Assembly: GCF_039523435.1 (NCBI RefSeq)
Contig: NZ_BAAAFH010000001.1
Coordinates: 1 to 64,000, forward strand
Direction of reading: 5' to 3'
Length of the DNA: 64,000 nucleotides
From: Wandonia haliotis
GTDB taxonomy: Bacteria > Bacteroidota > Bacteroidia > Flavobacteriales_D > Crocinitomicaceae
In this document: positions 41,181-51,963 of the stretch, one piece after another
Numbering within the stretch: the first letter of the stretch is position 1
How the letters are laid out: every line of letters starts with the position of its first letter
Notes under the pieces: model-generated
Told to the model about the DNA's origin: nothing
The model's input: only the letters and a program-made list of their open reading frames with translations
Databases searched by the model: none
Position numbers and translations under genes: made by a program

Positions 41181-42521
41181 ATGAAACAATTTATACTACT
41201 ATTTATTATCGTTTTTACCTGTAAAATGATTCTTTCTCAAACAAAAGTAGCTATTGTTGGAGGAGGAATAGCAGGTGTCGCCAGTGCCTACTATATTCAT
41301 CAGTTTGACCCCTCTGCTCAAATTACTATTTATGAAAAAGAAGATTTTCTGGGAGGAAATGCCAAGACAGTTGAAATTGTAAATAAAAAAGGTATTACTT
41401 GTAATGTGGATATTGGTCCTCAATATTTCACAGAAGGTCCCTGGGATAATTACCTGAAATTCCTCGACGATGTAATTGGTTTGGAATCCATCGAAACCGA
41501 ATCTGTTCAAGGGTCTCTTCTTATAAAAAGGGAGGATAATAAAACTCCTACACTACTTACTCCCATCGATAAAAAATTACGTGGCGAAAAACTGGGAAAA
41601 CTATTACGATTAAAAAAATTTAACACAGCAGCTTTCAATGTTTATAAAAATCCGGAACAATGGATAGACAAAACAATTGATGATTGGGTGGTCTCTTTAA
41701 AGTTTTCACTTTCTTTTAAGAATGAGATTATTTATCCTTTTCTGGCTGCAACTTTAGGCACTGATATTCAATCTATAAAAACAACTTCAGCAATAGAAAT
41801 TGTTAATTTATTTGCTTTTCGAAAACCAAAAGTGTCTAACAGTTTTAGTATTATGACAAAGGGTATGGGAGGACTTATCCAAGCAATCGGAAATAAACTG
41901 GAACAATCTGGTGTTATAATAAAAACCAGTTCCCCCGTACACTCTATAACCAAAGAAAAAAATAGATATACAGTTCTCTTTCAGGAAGGCAATAAAAAGA
42001 AATCGGAATCAGTTGACTTTATTGTTATGGCCGTGCATGCTGATATAGCAGGCGAATTGTTGCGCCAAGATCCTGTTTTTGACAAAATCAGTCAACTACT
42101 AATTTCTCGGTTCCCTTATTTTAAAGCACATATTGTCCTTCATTCAGACGCAAATTACATATATTTTGCCCAACCTGCATTTCTTAATATTTTTACAAAT
42201 ATCACTAATGAAGTGACTTCATCAACTATGAACTTATCTATGATTTCACCACGATTGGAAGGAATTTATAAAAGTTGGATGTCAGAAAAAGAAATACAAC
42301 AGATAAAAGAAAAGGGATTATTTCTTCATGAAACCACGTTTTATCATCCTCTCATTACCCCTTCATTTGTAAATAGCTTAGATGAGCTTCATTTGCTTAC
42401 TGATTCAATTCCTGGAATTTGTTTTGCCGGCGGATGGACAGAAGGATTAGAAACACAAAACAGTGCTGTTCTTTCCGGAAAGCGTGCTTTACAACGCTAT
42501 CAACAAATAAAAAATGACTAG
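41181..42521 (+). CDS. Secreted NAD/FAD-dependent oxidoreductase (amine-oxidase-like flavoprotein)
   Basis: Signal peptide followed by the dinucleotide-binding motif VAIVGGGIAGVASAY...YEKEDFLGGNA. Confidence 0.6.
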   Translation: MKQFILLFIIVFTCKMILSQTKVAIVGGGIAGVASAYYIHQFDPSAQITIYEKEDFLGGNAKTVEIVNKKGITCNVDIGPQYFTEGPWDNYLKFLDDVIGLESIETESVQGSLLIKREDNKTPTLLTPIDKKLRGEKLGKLLRLKKFNTAAFNVYKNPEQWIDKTIDDWVVSLKFSLSFKNEIIYPFLAATLGTDIQSIKTTSAIEIVNLFAFRKPKVSNSFSIMTKGMGGLIQAIGNKLEQSGVIIKTSSPVHSITKEKNRYTVLFQEGNKKKSESVDFIVMAVHADIAGELLRQDPVFDKISQLLISRFPYFKAHIVLHSDANYIYFAQPAFLNIFTNITNEVTSSTMNLSMISPRLEGIYKSWMSEKEIQQIKEKGLFLHETTFYHPLITPSFVNSLDELHLLTDSIPGICFAGGWTEGLETQNSAVLSGKRALQRYQQIKND

Positions 42522-43657
42522 ACCTGTTCCCTCGAATAAGAGGGAATTTTTCTCTGTCTCCTTTCCCAATACGGTTCATTTTCCCAACGTTTTTCCATTG
42601 CGTAAAACAGGTTATAGTGTTTTAGGTAATGTAGCCAAATATTTTCTGAGCTTTCATAAAAGGATGTGTAAAACCGGGTCACTTTTTCTCTTTCCGGATC
42701 ACAAATGAAATCTATGGAACAAATTTGTTTTGCTGTTTGAGCAGCCATCACCATTGCATTGTACATTCCCTGAGACGAAAGCGGGTCAAAACACATAGCT
42801 GCATCTCCAATTGCTATCCAATTCTTCCGACCAATATTTTCCAGCCTATTGGTTCCGGCAGCTCTTGTTCCTAAAAAGCGAGGATCAATTATTCCCTTAA
42901 TTTCTAATTGTGACTGAAGAAGCGTATTCGATTGTAATTTCTGTAAAATAAACGCAGTATCTTTCGTTGCTGCTTTATCAAGTAAATCTGCATCTGTATA
43001 AAAAGAAACCAGTATTCTGTCTTTATCCGGAAGCGGACTGCAATACCACCAACCAGATGCTTCGGGAAGAATCGTTGAAACCATTCGATCATCTGTTTTT
43101 TTTACGGTTACGCTGATACAAATTTGCTGATCTTTTTTCACCCTGTTCAAATTCAACTTTTTCCTCAGAACGTTTGTTCTACCCGATGCATCAATCAGAA
43201 ATTTTGCTCTTATTTTTCGTTTCTCATTTCCACTTACATAAACTTCCCAAAAATCTTCTCTTTCATTTAATTTGTGGAGCCTCCCCTCCAGCCATTGAAC
43301 AGGATATTGATTTGTTATCTTCCTCAGCTCTCTCACGAAAGCAGGTTTATCAATACTCCAACCTTCTCCTTCCGGGTTTCTCAGTGCATCGGAATACACT
43401 GGATTTTCACTCCCCCAATACGACTTCACTCCTATTGAAGGAGTGCAAATGGTTGTATCAAGAGCACAAATCTGATTGTAAATCCCTAATTCTTTAAAAA
43501 TTCGTTTACTGGAAGGAACTAACGACTCTCCCCATACCCCAACCTGCTGATCCGGTTTATCAATAATGCAAACAGAGTATTTTTCACAAAGAAACATAGC
43601 CGAAATACATCCGGCTATGCCTCCTCCAATTATAAGAATATCCGTTTCCTCCGTCAT
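42518..43657 (-). CDS. FAD-dependent oxidoreductase of the LodB/GoxB-like family (flavoprotein partner of LodA-like quinoprotein oxidases)
   Basis: DILIIGGGIAGCISA GxGxxG motif and the GDAAMCFDPLSSQGMYNAMV FAD-binding motif. Its start abuts the stop of the upstream LodA-like gene. Confidence 0.6.
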   Translation of the reverse strand: MTEETDILIIGGGIAGCISAMFLCEKYSVCIIDKPDQQVGVWGESLVPSSKRIFKELGIYNQICALDTTICTPSIGVKSYWGSENPVYSDALRNPEGEGWSIDKPAFVRELRKITNQYPVQWLEGRLHKLNEREDFWEVYVSGNEKRKIRAKFLIDASGRTNVLRKKLNLNRVKKDQQICISVTVKKTDDRMVSTILPEASGWWYCSPLPDKDRILVSFYTDADLLDKAATKDTAFILQKLQSNTLLQSQLEIKGIIDPRFLGTRAAGTNRLENIGRKNWIAIGDAAMCFDPLSSQGMYNAMVMAAQTAKQICSIDFICDPEREKVTRFYTSFYESSENIWLHYLKHYNLFYAMEKRWENEPYWERRQRKIPSYSREQV

Positions 43658-46600
43658 CTATCTTCGTGCATTCAGTTGCTGTCGGAAACGCTCGTGTATG
43701 GTAATCACTTTCTCCCCTGGTTTTACATATGTTTTCTCAGGAAGTTGTTTCACCGGTTCTATAATCTGTTCTGTTATCGCCGTTCCCAGCATTGTTGTTT
43801 GCAGATTAGTATCGGCTTTTACCCAATTCTCACTTAAACTTTTCGTTGTTTCACTTACTGTCTCACTTTTCAACAGAACTTCTTTTTTCCTATCCGAAAG
43901 AATACCAACGATATAGTCGATCATATCCCCGATCTTATCCGTATCATCCTGCAAGAGATTTTCCAGAACAGGCCGGATTCTATCAACAGGTATAGTAATC
44001 CGGAAATGTTCTCTAAATAAATCGTGAATGGCCTGACAAAGATGGCCCAGCGTTTTAGGGTAAGCAACCTGTATTTTCTCCGGTAACTCCGGAACGTCCA
44101 AATCTTCCTGTAAAACGACTCCTACCCGATCAAAACTCGTGACCATCTTATTAATAACCTCTCTGTAATCTGTATATCGTGTCGGATGCCCCGGAAGATC
44201 GGACAACCACTCCTTCCGATATCTGAATTCTTCCATTTTCTGATCTGCGGGTATCTCTTCGTCCATTAACTGCTGGTATTGTGTGTACCCCAGAATATTA
44301 TTCGGAACTCGTGCCGGCCAGAATGTAGGTAAATAGGGATCGTAGGTTGTATCATATCCATCCCTGCAACTGGATGTATCCGTTTGCCATGGAATAGCCA
44401 TCCAACGTGTTATTCCTCCTGCTACCTGTCCCCCAAACGGATTTATGTCTGCCGTAACAATGCTGTAATCAATAGTTGCTCCATAATCAAGATGATCGCT
44501 TATCTTTTGGTTCTTATCGTGTGCAAACCTGAATGGTCCGCGATACATAGCTGGCATACGTACCGGCCACGTCATTTCACAACCCGGGTGAAAAGCATCC
44601 GCTAAACAAAAATCGAGTGCGGCTCTTGTTAACAGATCAGGTTGCTTACTTACCGGATACTCATCTATTGTACGATGTACTGCTTTTTCATCCAGATCAT
44701 TTACAAAATCTCCCTGAACCCATTGCTCCAGAAATCGAAGCTGTAGAGAAGTTAATGTTGTGTGCTGTCTTGGTGATCCCTGAGGGGGTAATTCAATTGC
44801 ATCACCGTACAACCAGGGCCACAAAGCCGGAGATTGTGATCCCGGAAGTTCAAACTGTCTGAACTGGTTATAAAGTGTTCGTCTGAACTCTAAATTAGTC
44901 ATCGACTGATCCGACAACCTCTCTATCCATTCCTCATTTGTAAAGTTAAACGGACCGAGATAACCAAACATTTCTGAGAACCCTCTGTTTACCCATTGCA
45001 AATCTGCCATTCGCATAAAAATCGGCAGAATATCATCCTTTAATGATGGACGCTGCGGACAAGGCAACATCTTTTGCGAAACAGCCAAATCACGCATTAA
45101 GTCCCACATGGTACGAACTGACTTCTGCATCGGAGCATAGTCCGGTGGTCCGCAAATCACCCAGGCAGGCTCAACCTGAAGCTCTTCACCTTTGTAGCTT
45201 ACTGTAGCGGTAACGGGTCCATCCGAAACATCATCATACCATCCTTCATTATTTGCAAAAGTGATAGCAGGTTCTCCGTTTATATTTTCTGATTTCCCCT
45301 TTCCTCCTACAAGATATAATCGGTTGGATTCAGGTTTCACAAACATATCTCCCAAATACACACTTTCATCCAAAAATGTACCCGCAAATGACTCTACATG
45401 TTTTGCTCCGTATTGTAAATCATTTGTTGCCGTGTCAGCGGCTATACAGGAAATAGATTTCTCTCCTCCGTCAATTACCAACGAATCCCTATTCTTTATA
45501 TTCATATTTCTGGGATTTGAAGCCGGATATTCTTTTGCTTCCGGAATATCAAGAGCAATGTTAAAGTCGTACCAGGCTGCTTTTTGATTCGCAAGATGAC
45601 ATGACCATGTAATTTCAACATCATCTACTTCTGCTCCGGTCAATTCTCTTACTGCCTCTCCCTTAGCATTTAATCCATAAATACGAAACTCTGCAGTTTG
45701 TCTTTTTAATCTCCCGTATTTATCCCTGTAAAAATCGTCTCCATTCGGTATTGGATCAGGTACTAATGGTCCCGGATATACCTCATCACTGTTTCCTATT
45801 CGCATAATTCCGATAGGCGGATAAATTGCAGCTCTGACTATACAGTCATCTATATTTTCTGATTTGGCATGGTATGGGCAGGGAGTAGATTCCGGTTCTC
45901 TCATATTCCAACCGTTTGCACTATAGCGTGTTTCAGCACTGTATTTATAGACTTCCCGTCTCGCTTCCGCTAATGTACCGAATGGTAAATTTTGGGTAGG
46001 AACTCTCCAAATATTAAAATTCAGATAATTCCCGAATTCAGGAAGCCCTTTCTGCATCGTATTCTGTTGTGGCAACACAACTTCTGCAATAGGGTAAAAC
46101 GGTTCTTTCCAGGTATGTTGCAAGTCCTCTCCTGCAGCTGCATCATACTCTTTCACCTGAATTTCAAAATGGAATCGATAATCTCCATTCAACAATCGGC
46201 TATGTAGATCTTCGGACAAGTAATTCTTATCCTCAAGAGGGTTTGAGCTTTCAGGATTAACAGGACGAAGACGATACTTCACCATGTATCCATCTCCGAA
46301 TTTAAAAGGAATTATCGCCCAGTAATTCGCTGTCAGGCAACTTCCTTCCGGGTGACTCATTTCTCCCAAAATTACTTTTGTTTCGGGATGTTTTTCAAGA
46401 TAAGTATCCAGATCTCTATCTATCATCGAAGCAGTTGTGAATTGACACATCTGATCCGCATCCTTCACAAAAAATCGATCAATATTCTGGAAAATAAAAT
46501 CGGTATTCGGAGCGGAGAAAAAATCATTATTACTCTCTTCTCCAAACAATTTCATCCCTATTCCGATGGTAGAATTTAAATCTGCCTGATTAGGTGCTAT

Positions 46601-46894
46601 ATCACTGGAAAATCTCAGGATACATTCAAACGAGTTGTCCTTTGATGTATCATAATTAAACACTCCCAAATCCTGTCCTTCGAGAAATTTTAATTCATCC
46701 GGGAGAGGTAACACTGAAAATCTTCCGGTTGCTATACCGTGTTGTTTTCTAAAAACAGCCCTCGGAGCAGGAGGTTTACCATTTGCAATCAATTTTTTCT
46801 GGTTAATGTCTACAAACATTTCCTTTAACCGTTCTATTGATCTTTTACCATCCGGATTCCAACAAGGGAAATCATTCACTGAATCATTTTTCAT
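43658..46894 (-). CDS. Fusion protein with an N-terminal catalase-related heme domain (~350 aa) and a LodA/GoxA-like cysteine-tryptophylquinone amino-acid oxidase domain (~720 aa). No signal peptide
   Basis: The N-terminal region follows the catalase pattern (RAVFRKQHGIATGRFSV distal-His motif; ILRFSS; IGMKLF...NTDFIFQNIDRFF). The C-terminal region matches LodA segments as I recall them (PPIGIMRIGN; WSCHLANQKAAWYDF; HPGCEMTW; MAIPWQTD). Confidence 0.6.
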   Translation of the reverse strand: MKNDSVNDFPCWNPDGKRSIERLKEMFVDINQKKLIANGKPPAPRAVFRKQHGIATGRFSVLPLPDELKFLEGQDLGVFNYDTSKDNSFECILRFSSDIAPNQADLNSTIGIGMKLFGEESNNDFFSAPNTDFIFQNIDRFFVKDADQMCQFTTASMIDRDLDTYLEKHPETKVILGEMSHPEGSCLTANYWAIIPFKFGDGYMVKYRLRPVNPESSNPLEDKNYLSEDLHSRLLNGDYRFHFEIQVKEYDAAAGEDLQHTWKEPFYPIAEVVLPQQNTMQKGLPEFGNYLNFNIWRVPTQNLPFGTLAEARREVYKYSAETRYSANGWNMREPESTPCPYHAKSENIDDCIVRAAIYPPIGIMRIGNSDEVYPGPLVPDPIPNGDDFYRDKYGRLKRQTAEFRIYGLNAKGEAVRELTGAEVDDVEITWSCHLANQKAAWYDFNIALDIPEAKEYPASNPRNMNIKNRDSLVIDGGEKSISCIAADTATNDLQYGAKHVESFAGTFLDESVYLGDMFVKPESNRLYLVGGKGKSENINGEPAITFANNEGWYDDVSDGPVTATVSYKGEELQVEPAWVICGPPDYAPMQKSVRTMWDLMRDLAVSQKMLPCPQRPSLKDDILPIFMRMADLQWVNRGFSEMFGYLGPFNFTNEEWIERLSDQSMTNLEFRRTLYNQFRQFELPGSQSPALWPWLYGDAIELPPQGSPRQHTTLTSLQLRFLEQWVQGDFVNDLDEKAVHRTIDEYPVSKQPDLLTRAALDFCLADAFHPGCEMTWPVRMPAMYRGPFRFAHDKNQKISDHLDYGATIDYSIVTADINPFGGQVAGGITRWMAIPWQTDTSSCRDGYDTTYDPYLPTFWPARVPNNILGYTQYQQLMDEEIPADQKMEEFRYRKEWLSDLPGHPTRYTDYREVINKMVTSFDRVGVVLQEDLDVPELPEKIQVAYPKTLGHLCQAIHDLFREHFRITIPVDRIRPVLENLLQDDTDKIGDMIDYIVGILSDRKKEVLLKSETVSETTKSLSENWVKADTNLQTTMLGTAITEQIIEPVKQLPEKTYVKPGEKVITIHERFRQQLNARR

Positions 46895-47077
46895 AGTTGT
46901 TTAGTTTAAAAAGATAAGTAGTTCAAAATTAGTCCATACTCAATTACAAATGCAATCGAGGAACATCAAAGTAACCCTTTTATTCTCCAAAAAAGAAGAG
47001 GGTTTCTACCTGTTTCAGCAAGTAAAAACACCTGTTTTTATTTAAACGCTTTACTTCTGTAGATCAAGTATATATTT

Positions 47078-49201
47078 CTACTGTCGAATCATTTTTTCCA
47101 CCCAAATTCCTTCTTTTGTATATACCTCTATGGTGTACATTCCCGACGAAAGAATAGAAAGGTCAACTGTAGTACCATCTGACTCTATTATTTTTTTCCC
47201 TTGCATATCTATAACACAGACATGAACTTCTCCTGTTACATTACCAATTGTCACAAGCCCACTAGTCGGATTCGGATATATTGAAATGTTCTTTATCTCC
47301 TCCGAATCCATTAGATCCAATGTTGTTATACTATAACAAGATGAAGTATCCGTACAGCCCTCATTGGTTGTCACAATCACTGCATACGTCCCGTTCTCTT
47401 CAGGAGAAAAAACTGCAGTTACAGCTCCCTCAATAGGAGTATTTCCGTTATCACAATCAATCCATTGATAGGTATTTCCAGAAATTGCTGTTAATGTTGC
47501 TGCTTGTAAAACGACAGTTGTATCAGGCAATGGGTTCTCTGTAATATAAAATTCTTGTGATCTGGCATAACATTCTTCATCTTGTATGGCAACCACAGAG
47601 TAATTACCCGATGAATTGACGTAAATGGTTGTATTGGTAGTATCTCCGTTGCTCCACAAATAATCATATCCTGGCGTTGTTGTAACATTTAACATTGCAC
47701 TATCTCCCTGACAAAATTCCACCTGAGAAGCAACCACAGTTGGTTCGGGCGTATTACACAATCCATATTGGGCAATAAAACCTCTATAATTACCAGTACC
47801 ATCTGTAAATGAAGTGGAGTTATCAAACACGATACGTTCCTTAAAACTCCCTGAAACAATGATATTCCCCCCTTCTCTTGCCAACCTGATATTTCTTCCC
47901 AAAACCCATGCAGCAGGAGCTCCTGAAGAAGGCGGTGGTCCGGTTTCTATGATTTCTTCCCAAATTTTTGTCCCTTCATTGTTATACTTTATAAACAAAC
48001 AATATACATCTCCTCCTAAACATGCTTGATGCCCACCAATCACATACACATTTCCTATTTCATCAACCTCTATCTGCGAATAATAATCGCATTGTGCATA
48101 CTCATACCTATCAATCCAATTGAGATCCCCATTTGAGGCGTTTAATTTTACTATAAAAGCATCTTTATTGTTAGAATTACCATAACTCGTTATTGTTGTT
48201 CCATCAATAGTAAATGATCCTCCATAAAATGATCCAGCCAAAAAAATGTTTCCCCAGGGATCAATACTCATTCCTGAAACATCAACTGTTCCTAAAGTCA
48301 CAACTCCTAAATCTTTTGTCCACAAAACTTCTCCCAACTCATTATATTTAGTCAGAACATGTTCTATTCTTGTATATCTGTATAGATTACTTTGACGATC
48401 CATCCCAAAAAATTCATAACCAAAATCATCAATACCGTTACTAATTACACCTAAACGCTGAATGGTTTGGAGATTTCCTAATGTATCATATACAGCTCGG
48501 AATGCATCTACACCTTGTTCATTATCTGTATTTATTGTATCTCCATTATCAAAAACCAATGTAGGTGTAAAGGTTGCTATCGTATGTATATTATCCTGTT
48601 GATCAAAATAAATTTCAAAATTGTCAGGGGGAATTGTTACAAAACTATTAGGACGAGCAATTGTACGTATCCACTGAGCGGTTCCATCCTGAGCATCCAT
48701 CTGTATCAGAACCAGATCTCCAGCACCAACAGAACCTGACTGGTGAGGAGGAAATGCAATCCCATCCACTATAATATTTTGTTCTCTAAAACACGTAAAT
48801 AAGTATAATCTGCCTTTATGATAAAAGAACTTATTTGGATTAGTGTTAGCATACGTTAGAAAGACAAATGGTATTTCTTTGATCCAAACGCCATTGCCAT
48901 TAGAATCATATTTAATCATAATACATTTACCATTAGCCCCAGCACTTACTGTAGTTCCATTTATAGTCAAAGAGGTTTGGTTTAAAACGCCTAATACATA
49001 TATATTACCCTCACTATCATTTGTTAAAAGACCTACATTCGATGCTCCAGAATTGCCTATTTTTTTTGCCCATGCAAAATCAGGTGTACCCTGAGCCTTT
49101 GCACCTTTTATTGTCAAAACAACAAGCATTGCAAAAAACAAGAATATGTAGTAGTTCTTTTTCATTGTATTAGTTTGAGAATTTAAATTTACATTTTTCA
49201 C
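47078..49201 (-). CDS. Secreted beta-propeller-repeat protein with a T9SS C-terminal domain
   Basis: Signal peptide, repeat-rich body, and a C-terminal ISIYPNPTSGLVTIGN...YTIEVYTKEGIWVEKMIRQ. Confidence 0.7.
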   Translation of the reverse strand: MKNVNLNSQTNTMKKNYYIFLFFAMLVVLTIKGAKAQGTPDFAWAKKIGNSGASNVGLLTNDSEGNIYVLGVLNQTSLTINGTTVSAGANGKCIMIKYDSNGNGVWIKEIPFVFLTYANTNPNKFFYHKGRLYLFTCFREQNIIVDGIAFPPHQSGSVGAGDLVLIQMDAQDGTAQWIRTIARPNSFVTIPPDNFEIYFDQQDNIHTIATFTPTLVFDNGDTINTDNEQGVDAFRAVYDTLGNLQTIQRLGVISNGIDDFGYEFFGMDRQSNLYRYTRIEHVLTKYNELGEVLWTKDLGVVTLGTVDVSGMSIDPWGNIFLAGSFYGGSFTIDGTTITSYGNSNNKDAFIVKLNASNGDLNWIDRYEYAQCDYYSQIEVDEIGNVYVIGGHQACLGGDVYCLFIKYNNEGTKIWEEIIETGPPPSSGAPAAWVLGRNIRLAREGGNIIVSGSFKERIVFDNSTSFTDGTGNYRGFIAQYGLCNTPEPTVVASQVEFCQGDSAMLNVTTTPGYDYLWSNGDTTNTTIYVNSSGNYSVVAIQDEECYARSQEFYITENPLPDTTVVLQAATLTAISGNTYQWIDCDNGNTPIEGAVTAVFSPEENGTYAVIVTTNEGCTDTSSCYSITTLDLMDSEEIKNISIYPNPTSGLVTIGNVTGEVHVCVIDMQGKKIIESDGTTVDLSILSSGMYTIEVYTKEGIWVEKMIRQ

Positions 49202-49290
49202 ACTATTTTACCAAATTAAAAACTATCGCTACTCCAATTAAGCAGCAGCGATAGTCAATTTTGTCTTCGATCACGTGTTCAAGTAGGTCA

Positions 49291-51672
49291 TTATTTCAGG
49301 ACCTGCACCTTTTCTGCATACGTTCGGTTATCAACAGTAATTAAGATTACATAGGTTCCTTCCTGTATGCGTTTTTCTGATATCTGGTTCGTTCCTTGTT
49401 TCAGACTTCCCTGAGCAACGACAGCCCCCTTCATATCAATAATTTGAAAATCGGCTGACTGTTCTATTCTTTTTCCTATCTCTATGGAAAACTGTCCACT
49501 ATTCGGATTTGGATATAGTCGAATTTTGTCATTCGAAGTAATTCCTATATCGTTATTTCCTCCCAATATCATGGCACTATATGAGCCTCCTCCTGTACAC
49601 AAATTGGTTGTACAACCATTCGTATCCATTACTCGTACACATACACTATCCGGAGGTGTAGATGTTCCATAAAGACTTAACGTAGGAGCTGTATTTGCAT
49701 TTTGTACACCGTCCAGGAACCAGGTATAGCTTGACGCTCCGGGAACCGCAGGGTTTATATAATACAGATCACTTGATGGAAGCGGAACGAGCAATAAACT
49801 TGAACCTGACCCCAGTGAAACAGGTACATTTAGTGTGCTACTTGTCCCACAGGGAGTCTGATGAGCTATATGTAACGTATAATTCGTAGAACTTGCAGCT
49901 CCTGATGTATTTAACGTAATTTGTCCTGTAGAAGGATTAACACTATAGCTCAACAACAAATCAGAAGGAGTTGAACTGACAGTATAGGTTCCGGTAAATG
50001 GTGACGGAGCATTGTTAATTACCACAGATGTAGTACCGTCTATTCCCACATTAAAACATCCAACTGTAGCCGTATCCGGATCTACAGGATTGAAATTGAT
50101 ATTCCAAATTGCCGAATTCACACTGTTACACCCCATACCAGAAGTATCAACACCTGTAGCCGTAATAGCTCCTATGGTTACTCCACTTGGCGTAACAACA
50201 ATTGTTTCTGTAGAACTGCTACCTGTCCATCCGGGAGGCAGGGTCCATTGATAATTCCCCGGAGGGCTTACCGTATAGGTCAGATTACCCGTGGCACCAT
50301 GATTAATACATGTACTTCCTGCAACAATTGTTGGATCATCAGGTCGTACACGCACTGTAAACTGTATCGTATCACTGGGGCATTCGCATGAATACGCCTC
50401 AAGTGTATACACTCCTCCCGGAGTTCCGTTTGGAATGGTAATATCCAAATTCGATTCTGTGTTATTTAGCGCATTAGCTGTCCAACCCGCTGGTAGATTC
50501 CAACAAGTTTGATTCCCTTGAACTCCTACAGGATAGATTTGATAATTATGAGTTGTACTATCATTTACACATGTATCTCCGACAATAGATACCAATGGTG
50601 TTGAGAAACTTCTTCTAATAGTATCTGTAACAGTTACAGAACTACATCCTCCATTTTTCACTTCCAGAGATAAGATACCTCCGTTATAACCAATTCCTGA
50701 AACCGTTGCTCCTCCTGCATTCGGAGTAATCAACCATTGTGGATTATTGGACGACCATTCATAAGTATATCCGGGAACATAAGGAGTAACTCCAACTGCG
50801 AATGATGTTGCAGTCACGTCCAAGCAGCCCGGAGAACTCAATACAGGAGGAGAAGGACTAGCTCCCACTACTGTGGTAATACAGGTTGTATGCATGGCTC
50901 CGGAAACATCTCCATCCCATGGGTTCGCTCTCCCAAAACAACATTGAATGGTGTAAGGAGCATTTAATGTTCCGGGAGCAACAATCGTCACCGAGCTTTT
51001 ATCAGCAGAAGTATAGACCTGATTTACAATTGTATCTCCGTTACTATCTGTAATTGTCCAGTAATAACTATCCAGTCCTATTCCATCGGGTAAATTATCA
51101 CTAGCTATTTGATCTACAGAGTAGGTATAAGTTGAATCTGTTAACCAGCAATCAGGCCCTACAATATTCGGAATTGGATTACTGTAAACTTTGTAAACTT
51201 TAAAATAAATACTATTTGAACATCCATTCAGTGTATCATCGTATGGGATCCGTACTTGCCCGATACTCCTTGCTAAATTTGGATTTACCGATTGTTCAGA
51301 TTGTCTTACATCTTTGTTGTAAGACATTATATCAGCTGATCCTCCAATAGCTGATACAATAGGGTCTCCATAAGGATTCACATTAGGTGCTATTGACAAA
51401 TCTCCCAAAAGATACCAACCATTAGTCGTATTTCCATTAGGATTAATAGTAAATGTCCCTCCAATATATGGATCAGGCATGGTTACAATACCACCATTTC
51501 CAACCACTCCTCCAAAACCCGTTGTACCGCCGACACCGGCAACAACAACATTACATACAGCAGGCACATTGACTGTAGGTTGTGCCAATAACTCGCCGGA
51601 GATAATTAACATCACTCCGGTGAATAAGAACCCCAAAAAGCCTCCTTTTCGGTTTGTTATTATATATTTCAT
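49291..51672 (-). CDS. Large secreted Ig-like/PKD-like multidomain protein with a T9SS C-terminal domain
   Basis: Signal peptide. Thr/Ser/Gly-rich beta domains. C-terminal IRLYPNPNSGQFSIEIGK...YVILITVDNRTYAEKVQVLK. Confidence 0.7.
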   Translation of the reverse strand: MKYIITNRKGGFLGFLFTGVMLIISGELLAQPTVNVPAVCNVVVAGVGGTTGFGGVVGNGGIVTMPDPYIGGTFTINPNGNTTNGWYLLGDLSIAPNVNPYGDPIVSAIGGSADIMSYNKDVRQSEQSVNPNLARSIGQVRIPYDDTLNGCSNSIYFKVYKVYSNPIPNIVGPDCWLTDSTYTYSVDQIASDNLPDGIGLDSYYWTITDSNGDTIVNQVYTSADKSSVTIVAPGTLNAPYTIQCCFGRANPWDGDVSGAMHTTCITTVVGASPSPPVLSSPGCLDVTATSFAVGVTPYVPGYTYEWSSNNPQWLITPNAGGATVSGIGYNGGILSLEVKNGGCSSVTVTDTIRRSFSTPLVSIVGDTCVNDSTTHNYQIYPVGVQGNQTCWNLPAGWTANALNNTESNLDITIPNGTPGGVYTLEAYSCECPSDTIQFTVRVRPDDPTIVAGSTCINHGATGNLTYTVSPPGNYQWTLPPGWTGSSSTETIVVTPSGVTIGAITATGVDTSGMGCNSVNSAIWNINFNPVDPDTATVGCFNVGIDGTTSVVINNAPSPFTGTYTVSSTPSDLLLSYSVNPSTGQITLNTSGAASSTNYTLHIAHQTPCGTSSTLNVPVSLGSGSSLLLVPLPSSDLYYINPAVPGASSYTWFLDGVQNANTAPTLSLYGTSTPPDSVCVRVMDTNGCTTNLCTGGGSYSAMILGGNNDIGITSNDKIRLYPNPNSGQFSIEIGKRIEQSADFQIIDMKGAVVAQGSLKQGTNQISEKRIQEGTYVILITVDNRTYAEKVQVLK

Positions 51673-51963
51673 AGTAAAAAATTTGAGCCTGTATATCTAC
51701 AGGCAGGTTTAATAAAAAATACAAGGTGCATTCTTCTGTAGGTCGAACACGTTTATCTCAAACAGAAGCAATTTAAACTTTTTTTTCGAGCTAAAAAAAT
51801 AAACACCAGATTTTGAACAACTTATATTACACAACTGGCACCTCATGCACCATTCACCACCTGATCCCGCTACAATGGTCGATCTTTTTACTTCACCAGT
51901 CGATTTCTATTTTTATCCATTAGGTTAACGACAAACTATCTGTACCTTTGCAAAAAAATTTGC

